A stretch of 64,000 nt of DNA from positions 22,444,001 to 22,508,000 of the forward strand of contig NC_043005.1 in the NCBI RefSeq assembly GCF_006345805.1, given 5' to 3'. The DNA comes from Octopus sinensis (taxonomy: Eukaryota). The translations under genes and the position numbers were made by a program. Shown in pieces: positions 1-13,930 of this stretch. Numbering within the stretch: position 1 is the first letter of the stretch; each line of letters starts with the position of its first letter. Under the pieces are notes generated by a model. That model saw only the letters and a program-made list of their open reading frames with translations. It was not told where the DNA came from and searched no databases.

Positions 1-1653
1 CTATTGAGCTCTCCCATTCTCTATCTCTGTCAATTCCTTACTGTCTCTCTCTTTCTGTTACACACACACATTCTCATTGCAGTTATGCTTTTCTTAGACT
101 GCCTCTATCTATATTTCTCTATCTCTGTCTCTTTCACTCCGCCCGCTATTCTATCTCTCTCGCATTCTCTTTTTATCTCTTTCACTCTGTCAGTAACCTT
201 CTGTTCCAATTTATATTCATATTTTTCTAATCCACACTATCTCTCAAGGAGGAGTATAAAACACATCTCACCAGATCTGCATATTCATTCATACCCATCC
301 AATAGGTGTGAATACCCATATCAGCTTCTAAATTGTGCTTATTGATGAAATTTGCATTCTCTTCCCACATAGCACGTCTGAAACAAAATAAGACATCAAT
401 GTTGCATAGTTTTGTATCAATACATTAGCCATATGTCCCTACATTGCACAGGATTACAAAACGCATTTTAGTCATCAAGCATTACACAACACATTGCAGT
501 CATCCTTATGACCAACACCAAAGAACATTATTATAACTGCCATACTGAACAAGCCAATTACAGCACCCATAGAAGACAAATTGGTGCGCATTCAAGCATG
601 CTATTGCATGCGGAGAAGAGAGTTAATATTGGAAAAGTGATATAGTAATAGGTAAAATGTTTAAACATAATAAGACTTAGTCAGAGAAAGGAGGACGTGG
701 ACCATGGTCATTTTTCAGGTCCTCTGAGACTAGTGGGAAAGAGCTAGGAAGAGTTATCCACCGACCAGAACCCTTATGAATAGACTGGGATGACTGGGTG
801 CAAACATTTTGGTTCTTACCATTTAATACAACCAGTTTTTTTGACCAGACCTAATTTGGTACCAACCTGTTTCGCGCCAGATGTTTTGATATTAGAAAAT
901 AACATGTTGAACTAAATAGTCATTATTCACAGTTGGAAAGATATATTCAACAATAATTTGCATTTATATCCATTTGTATAAAGTTTATTTAGTTCTTCCT
1001 TTGGTAATTATGAATAAGGCTTCTCAGATACCCGATAGTATCCGATACTTTCACAGCGAATAAAAGTTTCACACACGTAATTATGAGTATACGAAGATAC
1101 ATATTTAAACGTGTATATATGTAGATACAAAGGAATATAATACTCACAATTTTTTCTTTATCATATTTCGTTAATACTTCATCAGCCATCATATATATAA
1201 ATGAATGGTATTTAATTAAAAATATACGAAAAGATGTCATAAGAACATAGCGCCTTTGGCAGTACACACACATGCGTTACAATTAGATATCAGATGTTGA
1301 GAAGAGCAGTAGCGTTACTTGTCGCCCAAGTAAAGAGCTAAAACAGGTGTAGAGGTTGAATAATTTAATAGTTTCAGCTCTTTAAAGATTTATAAAATAT
1401 AAATGAGATGCATAAATGATTTTTAGTGCTGATGCTCCAGTTGCCAAATGGTTTTTTTTCTTTACCTAGTTTGAGGTGCAAAACAGCATAAACATGACTG
1501 TTCTGAATACTTGTGAGAGAGCAGTATCCACTTAAAAGCACCAAGGAGAAAATAGTGATATTAAACACAACCTCACTAAAATTGTTATTTGGTTACAGTA
1601 ATGGAGGTATAAACTTAAGATGTTAATATCTGGAAGACAGTATATACTATATA

Positions 1654-1691
1654 TACGAGGAGGTACTCGAAAGTAACTGGGAGCGTTCTCT

Positions 1692-1695
<4 letters not shown>
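1654..1695 (+). mobile_element. Solo mariner-type terminal inverted repeat fragment
   Basis: TA+CGAGGAGGTACTCGAAAGTAACTGGGA resembles the termini of the mariner at 50735-51609. Confidence 0.45.
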
Positions 1696-1747
<52 letters not shown>

Positions 1748-2437
1748 TAGACACATATACACACACCCCATCCCATACATGAAGAAACTTGTAAAACATT
1801 TTACCTGAAATTTTCTGTCTCTGCATTTCTGTATTCCTTTCTGAAAGTGGATTTGTACAGTTCCCAGGTTTCATCATTCGGAATCCAATTTGCCGAAACG
1901 AAAGTAAAAACAGCTATAAATGAAAGCAAAGGCAACATCATATCAAATAGTGATGAGGAAATATAGAGAGTATAGAAATATAATGTAATATACTTTGTGA
2001 TATATCTATATCTATCTATCTCTTTCTATATATATATTTACACACACATATATATATATATATATGTATGTATGTATGTATGTATATATATATTTATGTG
2101 TGTGCGTGTGTTGCGGAGTACCGATGAAGGAATAATCTGTAATTGTTTTGCATGCAATATATAGGAGAGAATGAAGTGTAGATAGAGGTATAAAATTATA
2201 GAGAGTAGAAGAAAGAAGGATATACAAACGGAACACGAGAAGCCATCCCATTTTAGATGAGGAAATTGAATATTTTACAAGCGCCAAAAAGTGGTTTATT
2301 CAGGAAATGGAAATTAGAATAGAATGATAAAAAAGAGATTGAATTACAGCTAATAACACTGAAGATCAATGAATAAATAAATAAATTTTGTCCCACGACT
2401 AAAATATATTATTCTTATAGTATTTAGTTAAGATTAT

Positions 2438-2945
2438 TTCTACGGACATTCTATAGGCAGCACTGATTTTTGCTACAACGTTTCATATCGAGATGTCAGA
2501 TGTGGGGAGACGGTGTGATCGAGGACAGAAGTGGGTAACGGATGTATGTGCTATGTTTCGTGGGTTGTTGTCCCTTCTTCGGCACTCATCTGGCTCGCTA
2601 TTGCCTCCAAACACATTGCTTGTATTGCTATATCACGCAGCGGTGTTGAGTTGTTGAATGTACCAACTTGCATATTGGACGTATTCCTGGGACTGGTATG
2701 TAAACATTTAAGATTTGTAGGTGCATGGTGCTTCGTTGTGCAAACACAATGTACTGTAGGGTATGCTAAATGTTTTCATAGGTCGGTGCCATGTTCCGTT
2801 GCGCCAGCGGTGCTCTTTGCATTGTTTTGTTGACGTTGTTTCTACAGATGTTCTATGGAACTGTAGGCCAGACTGATTTTTGCTACAACGTTTCGTATCG
2901 AGGCGTCAGGTGTAAGCAGACAATGTGATCAAAGACAAAAGCGAA
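2438..2945 (-). mobile_element. Pair of ~95-bp direct repeats, probable Penelope-like element relic
   Basis: 2438-2535 and 2839-2945 share CTGATTTTTGCTACAACGTTTC(A/G)TATCGAG...GTGTGATC; the minus strand carries a GAAACGTTG motif typical of PLE pseudo-LTRs. Confidence 0.4.
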
Positions 2946-3289
2946 TAATACCAGCCCCAGGAATGCGTATAATGCGTGAATTGGTGTATCCAGTAACTTG
3001 GAACCGCTATGTGGGCAACGTGTTCGGAGGCAGTAGTGGGTTGGATGGGTTCGGGGGGGGGGGAAGAAGCCCCGAAGTGTGTCGTGTACACTCGTTGCCA
3101 GCTTTTGTCTTTGATCACGTTGTCTGTTTGCATCTGGCGTCTCGGTGTGAAGCGTTGTGGTGAGTTTAAGTGCTGGCTTATAGTTCTGTGGAGTGTCTGT
3201 GGAAGTAGCCTTAACAGAGTAATGTGGGGAGCACTGTTGACGCGATGGAGCGTAGTGCTGGCTTTTGAGGGCATTTAGTATACCTTGTA

Positions 3290-5150
3290 CTGTGTTGTGC
3301 TTGCATAGCGAAGTACCACGTACCTAAAAATCTTTAATATTCTTGTAGCGTTTTGGAGCTTTTGCGTTGAATTCAGACAAGTCTACAATATTTCTCTCTC
3401 AGCTTAGGTTTTTGTCTCGTGAGCAGTTTGGTTTTCAAAGACCAATATAATCACGAATCTTTTAAAATAAAATCGAAAGGGCATATCTGTAATTTAAAAA
3501 AGTGTCTTAGTTTTACTTTCTACAGTAATAATCTCAGCCATGTCTCTCTTGAGAATCCAACTGCTATCAACAAGCATACTGAGGATCCAGCTGCTTCGGT
3601 AATGCTTTTCTGTTGTAGAAATATCCCGATGAAAATGGTCATCATATTCATTGTTTATCATCCCAGATTTTCTGGGGAAATGTCCAAGTGAGAGTTAAGG
3701 AAATGAACCTCTAATAAGGTTAGGTTAGATTTAAGAATATTTCAGTTAGTTTTTGTCTTTGCCATTTTCCCACAAAGTATTTGAACCCAATTTGCGTTTT
3801 ATCCATTGCCTTTACAAAGTTTTTTAAAAGTCCAAGCTTAATGTGCAAGAAGGAAAGAACATTTTCCCAGATCATCAAAATATTTTTCTTACCTAAAACA
3901 AGTGAGATGCATTTTGCCAATTATTCTGAACGTAGTGGTTTTGCTTGTCCTACCGTTTCACTCAACCGAATGAACGGTACTTAGTATAACCTAGAAGCAA
4001 CTTCAAGTTGTCATATGATTGTTTTTTCATGTTTGCAGCCTGTTTAATAAGTACTGGAAGGAATGTATTTTCATTATGAAGGACGGATTTCAAACTAATC
4101 TGTAAGGAGTAAGCGAATAATCGCCACTTGTCAACATTACGTTTAGGATCGAGAAGCCTACACCTGAATTAACATGTTTACATAACATATTCATCTTCAG
4201 AGTCATTCATTGAATTCATTATAGTGGCTACAGAAAGAAGAAACGCAGTTTGGCCCTTCTATTTGGTAAATTGAAATTGGTCGTTCAGATTTCCTTGTAA
4301 TGGGAAATGTGGTTCATTGGGAAGAACAGGTATCCTGGAATATCTGATTAGAAACGATACAGCTTCGTATGATTCCTCAGCATTTGAAATGATGTACTTA
4401 AAGGAATTTGATACTAGATGTTGAACATCATGGTGAACTTACGCTTCATTGCAGAAAAAATATATATTGTCTTTGAAGCGATCCCATTTGTAATCAAAGG
4501 ACAGATTAATCTCTCTTAATGCTTGGAATAACAGATGGCATGTGATTTGAACGATGTAGTCATCCCATTAGTAGACTTACACATGTCATACAATAAATGT
4601 GAGGAGTTCAATTCTCGTCCTAATCATCTCCTTTACGGCATTTCTTTTTTACTAATGGTATAAAATAGTTCTGGTGTTTTAAAATTAGATCATCACCTGT
4701 ACAGCCAGAGTAATTAGGATAATTTATATAGTTCCACAACCATACAGAGCATCTACATGAACACAATGCTGGTGTAAAATCAACAAGAAGCAAGAAACAC
4801 TATCTATTAATAATGTTGCATTTACAAACAGATCTGAAACTGCTCCATACATAGACCCAAGGTTCATGTCTGAAGAAATCTAAAACGTTCGCTACCCAGG
4901 CTAAATTTGCCTCCAAGCATAAATTGTAATATTTTTACGTAAAATAAACATAACATGTATATCGACTTTTAAATCTTTAATTATACTCATATTAATATAT
5001 TATATCATTATTTTCTTATTTGATGACTATGTTAAATGCGGAAAAAAATAGATATTGCGTTACAAGAAAACTAAGCTTGATAGGAAAAAAAATCGAATTT
5101 CAAATTTAGATCGAGCATTAAAATGACACTTAAAACATCCATCACAATAC
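3290..5150 (-). mobile_element. Degenerate DNA transposon, probably CMC-Chapaev-3 type
   Basis: Frameshifted minus-strand motifs: SVLHNENTFLPV...SYDNLKLLLGYTKY, FLHIKLGLLKNFVKAMDK, VHFLNSHLDISPENLG, DHFHRDISTTEKHY..W..SMLVD..W.LKRD. Weak inverted similarity between ~3360-3420 and ~5060-5130. Superfamily assigned from recalled consensus. Confidence 0.65.
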
Positions 5151-6333
5151 TTGTGTCAAATGAATGAAATACATATCTTTGTGTTTCAAATGATCATGGG
5201 GAGCGGATTAACATACAAAAGACAACTCAGGTAGTCAACCAGGCATTACGTGTGTATAGGACCTTCTCATAATCAAAGGAGAACGTGTGAAAATATTAAA
5301 ATGAAATGAAAAAGAATTTCGATGTGAAAATTGTTTGAATCGCATTAAATTTATTTTAAGTTGTGTCTTCGTTGTTGCATCAGGAAGAGAAAGATGTGAA
5401 GTTGTAGGGGCTGTTTGAATCAGGCAACGACTTTTTCGCAGTTATCCATCCTCCACTCAGTTAACACGCCGTGGGACTGAACCCAGAAACATCTGGTTGA
5501 GAAGTAAACATCTTACCATACAACCAAACTCAGAATTATTCATCCATTTCTAAAGGATAGGATAAAATTTGAAGATTTGGTTGCTATTTCTACCACCCCA
5601 ATCAGCTCGTAAACGCTTCATCATTTGCTCGTACAAAGTTGTTTCTGCACTATCCAGTCTGTTTTCTTTTTCTAGGCGTTGGGAAAGGTGGAGTCAGTTG
5701 GGATGTAACATGTATTGTTCTGTACTTTTCATCTCATTGGTTTAGTGATGTTTGGGGACTATTTAAGCTAATGTAGCTGTTATTCATTTATATTTTATGG
5801 TTTAGTCAGGAGGGAAGGACGCACCCATTATTTTTCTCATGGTGTCCAAGACTGATAGCGCGGAGGGAGAGTGTAAGGTATCTTCAAATTGGAGACTTTA
5901 CTCGAAGGCTTGCTACAGAGTCGGTTCCGTTACAGACACTAAAGGTATGAGCTAATCATGTTATACCGAACGTCAGATCAAATTTAATACCCAATAATGC
6001 CACAGTGAGATTTGAACGTAGAGTGCTAAGATCCTGAATAAAAACCGCAAAACATTCGGTCCTACGTTATTATAGTTCTGCCAATGCACCTGGTTCGATT
6101 GGTAGTTTTTTTTTTTTGGGGGGGGGGTGCAACTTTCAAGGATAAAAAACAAAGTTGACCTGGGCGGGATTTGAACTCAGAGCACCGATTGTCCGAACAA
6201 ATACAGTGAGGTAGTCTAGCAAGCGCTCTTATAACTGTAAATTTGCTGCGTATAAAATATGAATTTTGCTTAAATCGAATGAAATAGTATTTCTGGTGTG
6301 GTGTTGTAGTAGTGCTTTGTGTTATTATAGATA

Positions 6334-7364
6334 CTAGCTAATGTACCAGGTAATTACCGGGAAAGCGGGGTTTAACTCTTGGTTCCGTTCTCACAATTGT
6401 TTCGCTAATCCAATAACAATACAAAGTATGTAGCCCTTAAAACGATTTTTGCGCATTTACAGAGAATACCAAACTGTCTTACATAGGATCTTGTTTTTAG
6501 GAATTCCCAATAAGTTATGAATGCCCAAATTATGAGTTCAGTTATGTAATAACGTGAAATTAGTCACCCGATAGTAAGAATTCAAATAAAATAGCCCGAA
6601 AAGGTTTTTAATGCGTTCCCAGAGTATATAGAATTTAGGAGGAAATACTAATAAGGTATGTATACTAAAATCGTGAAGCATTTTAGGTAATAACAGGCTA
6701 ATCAGATATTAGATAACAATTCAAAGTAAATAACTCTGAAAAGGGCTTATGTGCGTTCCTAGAGAATATTATTACCCTCAGCGGCGCTAGAGTTGGTATA
6801 TTCGTGAATAGGTTACTAACCGAAATAAGTGGATCTATTGTTTAGGAAAATATCATTTACTTTTATGAGGGTTGTACTTGATAAATTGTGAAAATAACTC
6901 AGTTGCAGGGAGGAAGAGGAAAAAAGTTCTCGTACCCTTCCTCCAACAAACACAAAAAGCTTAAAACGAATGCACAAGAACAGATACAAACGCAGACAAT
7001 ATACATTACAAACACAGCTAGCAAAAAGGTAAAGGTTCAAATACTAAGAAATAAGTATACTCAATTTGATTTATACCAAATGAATTAGGAAAATGAGTGT
7101 GTTATTTCCCCTTGACTGTTAAAATCTGGGCGAATGAGTTATTTGCCTTGGCTGTTAAAATGAAATATTTTAGATAAATATAAGGATCCCTTCGAGGGGC
7201 CCTATTATCGATATTTTCAACAATCTGAGTATGCCATGAGGTTTCCAGACATGAGTTCTACTCACGTGTCAAGTTTCATCAAAATCGATAAAACGATGTA
7301 GGAGGAATTAGCTAACAACTCCACAAATACATCCAGAGACAAAAATTCCGACATATGTCGTAGA
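6334..7364 (-). mobile_element. Non-autonomous Helitron
   Basis: Minus strand starts A|TC at 7364 and ends CTAG|T at 6334. A 16-nt palindrome CCAGGTAATTACCGGG (6346-6361) lies 8 nt from the CTAG. It contains the AAGTTTCATCAAAATCG motif common in such elements and three degenerate internal repeats (~6418, 6578, 6718). Confidence 0.7.
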
Positions 7365-7719
7365 TGTCTAAGTGTTAGTGTGTTCTTGTATATGTATTGA
7401 CAGGGTCTGTGGGATTAGCAACTTGCTGTATATTATCGTGCGACTTGCCTCTGTACTATTTCTTGATTAAAGTTTGTACAAGCATATGCTAAATCTATAA
7501 GCCTATAGCCCTCCTTCATTAAATATTGGTTCAGTTCCTACCTGTCTAGAGATGATTTTGCCTTTTGAAATTTAAGTGGTCAATAAAGCATTGAGCAGTA
7601 ATATTATAGGTACAATAATATATGATAAGTGAAAAGGTTGAACGACATCAACTCGAATCCCACACTCCAGATACTGTCATTGAACATTTTAGAAAGACTT
7701 TTTAAACAGTTTAAAATTT

Positions 7720-8046
7720 TTTTTGTCTCTTTGTCCTTGCTGTGTGTTGCTTGTGTTGTATATTCAGTGTTCTTTTTGGGGGTAACTTGTTTTTGCTGTC
7801 TGTGTTTGTAATGTTTTTTTTTCTGCAATCGTATCTGTTCTTGTGCGTTTATTTTTGTCTCTTTGTCCTTACTGTGTATTACTTGTATATCCAGTGTTAT
7901 TTTTGGGGATATCTTTTTCGTTTTTGCTCCCTGCGTTTGTAATTTTTTTTGTTTGTGTCCGTGTCTGTTCTTGTGCATTCGTTTTAAAACTTTTTGTTTG
8001 TTGGAGGAAGAGAACGAAAAGCTTTTTCCTCTCCCTCCCTGAAACT
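7720..8046 (+). repeat. Two tandem ~130-bp units plus tail, inverted relative to 6901-7030
   Basis: Units at ~7724-7853 and ~7855-7985; 7921-8046 matches the reverse complement of 6901-7030 (gtatctgttcttgtgcattcgtttt...ttgttggaggaag...cctccctg). Confidence 0.75.
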
Positions 8047-9029
8047 AACCATTCCTCATCACTTACGTCAGTAGATGTAGACGGTCCAGCTTCTCGGTTT
8101 CTTTATTAGCCGCCACAAGGGCCTAAACATAGAGGGGGACAAACAAGGACAGACAAGACACCACAGAGGGGACAATACATAGAACGAATATGATGAGATG
8201 ATTATACAATAATGGGGTTATGAATGGCTGCATGCGCCTCTCATCACATGCATTACCATTAATCTTTTTAAACTGTCCGTTTTTATCATGTATTTACATA
8301 ACAATTAATTATCGTCTACCATTACAGTTATTTGAACTGTTATACGTTCTCTAACATTGTTCTATTTTCGATATTATTAAACATAACATAAAACACTTAC
8401 TCTTTCTTTTTCCTTTTTTACTCCCTTTTTCTTTTTTCTTTTCTTTTTTCCTGTCGATTTGACAAACTTATTTACTTTTTAGTAATATTTCATTAGTGGT
8501 TCAATTTCTACAAAATCCACTACTGGTGGCAATTCTTTGAATTCCACCCTTACTCCTTGTGGGTCAATGTTCTCTCCACACATTTCTTGCAGTCTCTTAT
8601 AACTTTCCTCTTCAATCACTGTCGCCTTCATATCTTCTGCATATATGTATGCTGGTACTTTTACTCTTACTATTTGGTAGTTCCCTTAGTTTGAAAACTA
8701 ATGCCACTGTTACAAAATATTTGTGTTCTTTATCTATGTAGTTCATACAGAAAATCATTTATAAAGCACTGGATTGAGATATCTTAATTCTAATTATCTG
8801 ATACTTGAAACAAAGATATCTTTCGCCTGTATTTCTTTTGAAAGGCATAACTAGAAAAATTAGTGTTGAGAAGGGGTAAAAAAGTCTCCTCAAATGCGAA
8901 AAGAAACTTAAGGAGCTATTAATAAAGAAATAAATAGATAAAACTTAACAAAAAAACAAAAGAAAAAACTGACGATCATTTGTATCCAAAGTAAACAACA
9001 AAAACTAACAGCAAAACATTTTATAGAGC

Positions 9030-9073
<44 letters not shown>

Positions 9074-9329
9074 CTATCGATAGCAACGGTTACATCACAC
9101 CTCAAGCCTCAATAAATACTTTAAATAATATGCCCATATTGCAATATCCAGCATCATCCCTTATACATTTATCGAAAATCAGTCATCACGAAAAAAAGCC
9201 CCACAAAAAACAAAGAAACACAAAACGAAAAGATACACCTTCCCTCTGCAGCCCTATTTTTCCATTACGAAAATATAAAGGATTTGCATGACATCTTGAG
9301 TATATGTCTTAGACTGACCTGAGTCTACC

Positions 9330-11170
9330 AATGCCTTATGAGTGAATTTGGTAAATGGAAACTTTGGTGGACGACCACCAGACACACAAAAACACGAAAT
9401 CTAAACACTCTAAAACCTCTGGGCCAGTCAACATCACAAACATACAGGAAAAATGACTAGGACTTGAAAGAATCACCACACTCACCCAACCTACAACTAT
9501 TTGTGTTAAGACTTTCAAGTCCCTAAAATCTGGATATTAGAGCAAATTAGAACAATTCTAAAGCTCAATAAAATGTTATCACATATTCAAGGACAAAAAT
9601 AATATACAAACCAATCATCTTCCTAAACACGCTGTGGAAAATTCTAGAAAAGTTAATCCTGACATCACTAATCCATATACCACCTTCTCCAAATCACAAC
9701 ACAGATTCAGATCACAGTACTAAATCACCAGTCAACGCACAAATCTAAAACTCGATGGCTTCAACAATAATAATCTTATGTTGTTCGTTAAAGTGATGTT
9801 GAATGGATTACATGAAGAATTCTACATTTTCTGTGTGTTTTCGATTCCATTCACGGTTGGTCATTGATACAAAAAGTACTCAATATCACTTTAAGGAACA
9901 ACACAAAATGCCAGCTAGCAATCAAGCTGATAAGCACATGTTTTGTAGAACAACACTTCCAGAATCTTGTAACTTCCCGACTGGAACACTAGAAGGACCT
10001 ATCTTATCACCTACACTTGTCAACCTTATACGACCTTTCCACAACTTCACGAAACATATAGATAACCTCATATGCAGATGATATCACACTCACATCCTAC
10101 ACCATACTCTAGGTATTACCTACTTCAATCCTGCTTAAATCGCTTATAAACCTAGCTCAACAATAACTGACTTAAAGCAGCAACAACCGAAACCCCTGTC
10201 TTCCTCCTTACTACCGACACCAGAGGACACCAAATACAACCAATCTTCGCTTTCAATATCTTGACTACGCCAGTCTTACCTAGATTCCCGATTTTTCCAA
10301 AACAAACCGCAGTAAATTACAATGAACACTTTCGGTAACTATGCACCATAACACGTTATTCTCAATCACCATCGCAGATCATCTACGCAACAAATCAAAA
10401 ATATTGAATGTAAAAGTGCACGTGGATATACAAAGGATACGGTTCGTTATATAAGTAAACTCCGACCCGCACAGTCTGTCATTACATGAAAGTTCAACTC
10501 CAAATTCAGACACGTACAATATCCCAGAGTACTATTACAACAGCATTCTAACACTATTATCCCTACAATTTTAGCCCTGACAAACATAGAAAGATACAGA
10601 CATAGCTGCAAAATCATTAGCGTAACTAACGCTAGGTTTTGTGCTGGGATACAACAATAAGTGTGCAGAAACAGCAACTCTCAGGCTCTGATCGGGTATA
10701 TCACGTCCACCTACACTATGATCATCACCAGAATGTACGGGCGCACAGTTGAAGAATGGATAATAGCAAATGTATGGCTAGATTGTCATACGGTACCTCA
10801 TACGATTCATTACCGTATGTTGGAATATGCAGTCTGGTTCTCAATTAGGTGGAAATATGGTGCAACATGGATCTGCGGATATCAATTTGTCGTTCAGCCG
10901 ACAGCTTACTTGCAGTGGAATTGTTCAATCAGGACTGAACCTGGAATATACAACAATGGCAAAAGAAATTGACATTGGCGTACAGACTATTATATCCAGG
11001 GCTTCCAATATGGGCACTCACTGAATGTGACAAACGGATCACTTGCACCACTCTGGATCAGATCTTCTAATTGAGAATATGGAGAAAATCCTAAGAAATA
11101 CTTGATACAGGCTAGTGTCCTGCTCGCTTAGGAGGTCGCCGTCAAATAGTAACAGCTTAGAATGAGTCTT
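9330..11170. other. Unclassified, probably decayed retroelement-derived sequence
   Basis: Strand-biased C/A-rich non-repetitive sequence with no recognisable intact motif; identity not established. Confidence 0.25.
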
Positions 11171-11829
11171 AGTACACGAACTGGTATGATTTTAGACATC
11201 ATATCCTTCATTATAACCTTATTAACTGGTTTAAATCACTTCTTGCAATTGACTTTATTTTCACATGAAAATTGCTCTTCAGTTTCGGATTCAGGCATTT
11301 ACCATGCTGGAAGACAACACTATAAAATATATTTTATATTATTGGTTCTAAAATATGGGTTTCAAATTTTGGCATAAGGCCAGCAGGTTCGGGCGATGGA
11401 GTAAGTTGATAACATCTACCCCAGTATCAACTGGTACTTATTTCATCTACTTTCATTACTTTTGAAGTAGTGTCATTATATCGTAATTTCTTTTACTCGT
11501 CGCTGGTTTGAATGAAACAATATCAATGTGATACAATGATAACATGTGGTGTTCATCACTTTCTCAATAACATTGATGGTATCAGTGAAATGAAATAAGT
11601 TCAATCAGAAATTAAAACAGATATTATAAAGTTTTATCTCCGTTTAAAAATTTAGATGACTTGCATAAACGTTAGAACAAGATTTCGACCTATGATAACT
11701 AATAAGGACTTGTCAAAGATATAAACAAGTGGGAATTGAAGATAAAGTCTAACTTTCTGCATTTAAAAATGTCTCCAGTTTGAAGTTGTTGAAATGTCGA
11801 GTAGTTGTATATACTTATTGCAGAGATTA

Positions 11830-12081
11830 TATTCGAAGGTTAACAGATGTTTTCCAGTTATCGGGTCGCAACTTGATAAAGAAATATAAAAGTAAATAAT
11901 TCTGAATGAGTTCGTACTTGAAATTGGCAATTATACCAACAAATATACTCTTGGATGTGTGAGTGTGTGTTGTGTGTAGATGCGTGTGTGTGTTCAGCAT
12001 GTCGGTATGTATGTATGTATGTATGTATGTATGTATGTATGTATGTATGTATGTATGTATGTATGTATGTATGTATGTATA

Positions 12082-12112
<31 letters not shown>

Positions 12113-12230
12113 ATGTATGTATGTATGTATGCATGTGTCAGAGTTCCTAAACGATCATACACGAGCTAGGGCGCTGAAACTTTTCCACGTGGGAAGAAAA
12201 TTATAATTACTACGCTCCACATGTAGCGTA
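11830..12230. repeat. (TATG)n/(TG)n microsatellite in a probable Helitron/Helentron-derived short element
   Basis: Long GTAT array at 12006-12130, followed by a gagctagggcgctgaaactttt motif like those flanking microsatellites in HINE-type elements. Confidence 0.45.
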
Positions 12231-12493
12231 GTGTTGTGATGTCAGTCGAGCGTGGCTAGGTGTTTCGTTCAAACACACACACGCACACACACACAAACGC
12301 ACACACACACACACACTCATATATATATATTTACATACACGCACACAAATGTATATATGCGCGTGTGTGTGTGTGTGTAATAACACAGATGGGCCGAGGT
12401 TTACGACAACTGTTTCAGACGCGCTTTTTGTTGAACAAATCAATTACACCATGTAAAACAGCAGCAACAACAACAATAATAATAATAATAAAT

Positions 12494-12740
12494 GCTCTGG
12501 TGCAGTACAAGGCAGTGACTCTCATGACTTCTGACTGGTAGTGTTATCATGTACATTATTTTGTCTTGATATAAAAGATGGGCTGTTTATCTTCAAATGA
12601 GTTCATCATGTTGCGCACATATGGTTGTGATACATGTGCCTGGTGTACTCTTATCAGACGGGTAATCATGACGGGTATATTAGGCTTTATATATTTGTAC
12701 CCCAGTGCCACTTTAATGGCATGTACTGTTCTCTCACTCG
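12494..12740 (+). mobile_element. Internally deleted copy of the ~550-bp (AAT)n-flanked element
   Basis: Both ends match 60838-61392; about 300 bp of the centre is missing between gatgggct and gctgtttatctt; flanked by AAT repeats. Confidence 0.75.
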
Positions 12741-13279
12741 GTAATAATAATAATGTTAATAATGGTGACATAGTTACGTAAATTCTGCTCGAAAATTAAT
12801 TTCTTCTAACGGAGGTAATAGATAGAGTAGGAACTCAAGGTTGCCTTAACACCATTAATAATAAATGTACTTCTCCCTATATAAAGAAAATCCATAGGAG
12901 TAAACACTGTATTTCGGGATACCGGAATTGATTACGTAATGCTGATGTAATCTGGTATAACCCACCTTCTAATTCAGCAATAGCTACTAGTATCTCTCAA
13001 GTTGTTAAGTATACTGGAAACAACTCCCCTCTTTTTAGCAGATATCTCTAAATATTCTGTAAAAGAAAAATTAGAGTTTCTTATTCTACCTTCCCTAATC
13101 TGGGGGCTATAATTTCAGGTATAAGTAAATGTAATATTATGTTAGCTCAAAATTATTAAGCTATATGGATTAAATAAGAATAGAAATACAAATGTAATGA
13201 AAACTACTCACAGGACTACTGCTACCTTAAAACGTAATGTTAATATTAATAGGAATAAAGATGATAATGATTATAATAA

Positions 13280-13475
13280 TAATCCTTTCTACTATAAGCA
13301 CAAAGCCTGGATTTTGTTGGGAGAGGGACAGTCGATCAGATCAACTCTGGTACTCAACTGGTATATAATTTATCGACCCCGAAAGGATGAAAGGCAAAAT
13401 CGACCTTGGCAGAATTTGAACTCAGAACGTGATGTCAGACGAAATATCGCTTAGCATTTCGCCCGGCGTGCTAAT
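13280..13475 (-). mobile_element. tRNA-derived SINE, family 1
   Basis: Reverse complement carries B-box GAGTTCAAATTC, the core CTTTCATCCTTTCGGGGTCGATAAATT and an (ATT)n tail. Confidence 0.8.
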
Positions 13476-13519
13476 AATAATGAATAGGTGCTGGTTCAGT
13501 CTCACCGTAGTAGTAATCT

Positions 13520-13930
13520 CGATTGCTCACACTTGAATGCACCTATTAGCCATGGCAGTCATTCAACTATGGACCATTTGATTGACATATGGAATACTGT
13601 CCATATGACACCAGGACAGTATTCAAGAGTAATACAACACTTCGTAAATATCTCTTTCGAGTAAAACCCACCAATAGAAGAGAATATGACCAAAGACTGC
13701 GTGTACTCCATCCCATGCAGCAGTGGTAGTTTATACAAAGGCGAAACATGCCACCCATCAAAATAAGGGTAGATGAACATCGCAAAGCTGTGACACGAGG
13801 AGATATTGAGAAATCGAGTATAGCTGATCATATATGGAAAAATGGAGACCGCCTCCTCCTGTGGGATGAAGTTAAAATAATAGACAGAGAACATCACTGG
13901 AAAATACGAAAACTAAAAGAAGCAGCGGAT
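13520..13930 (+). mobile_element. Penelope-like element GIY-YIG endonuclease relic
   Basis: KDCVYSIPCSSGSLYKGETCHP / KIRVDEHRKAVTRGDIEKSSIADHIW...WDEVKIIDREHHWKIRKLKEA, with a frameshift between the two parts. Confidence 0.8.
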
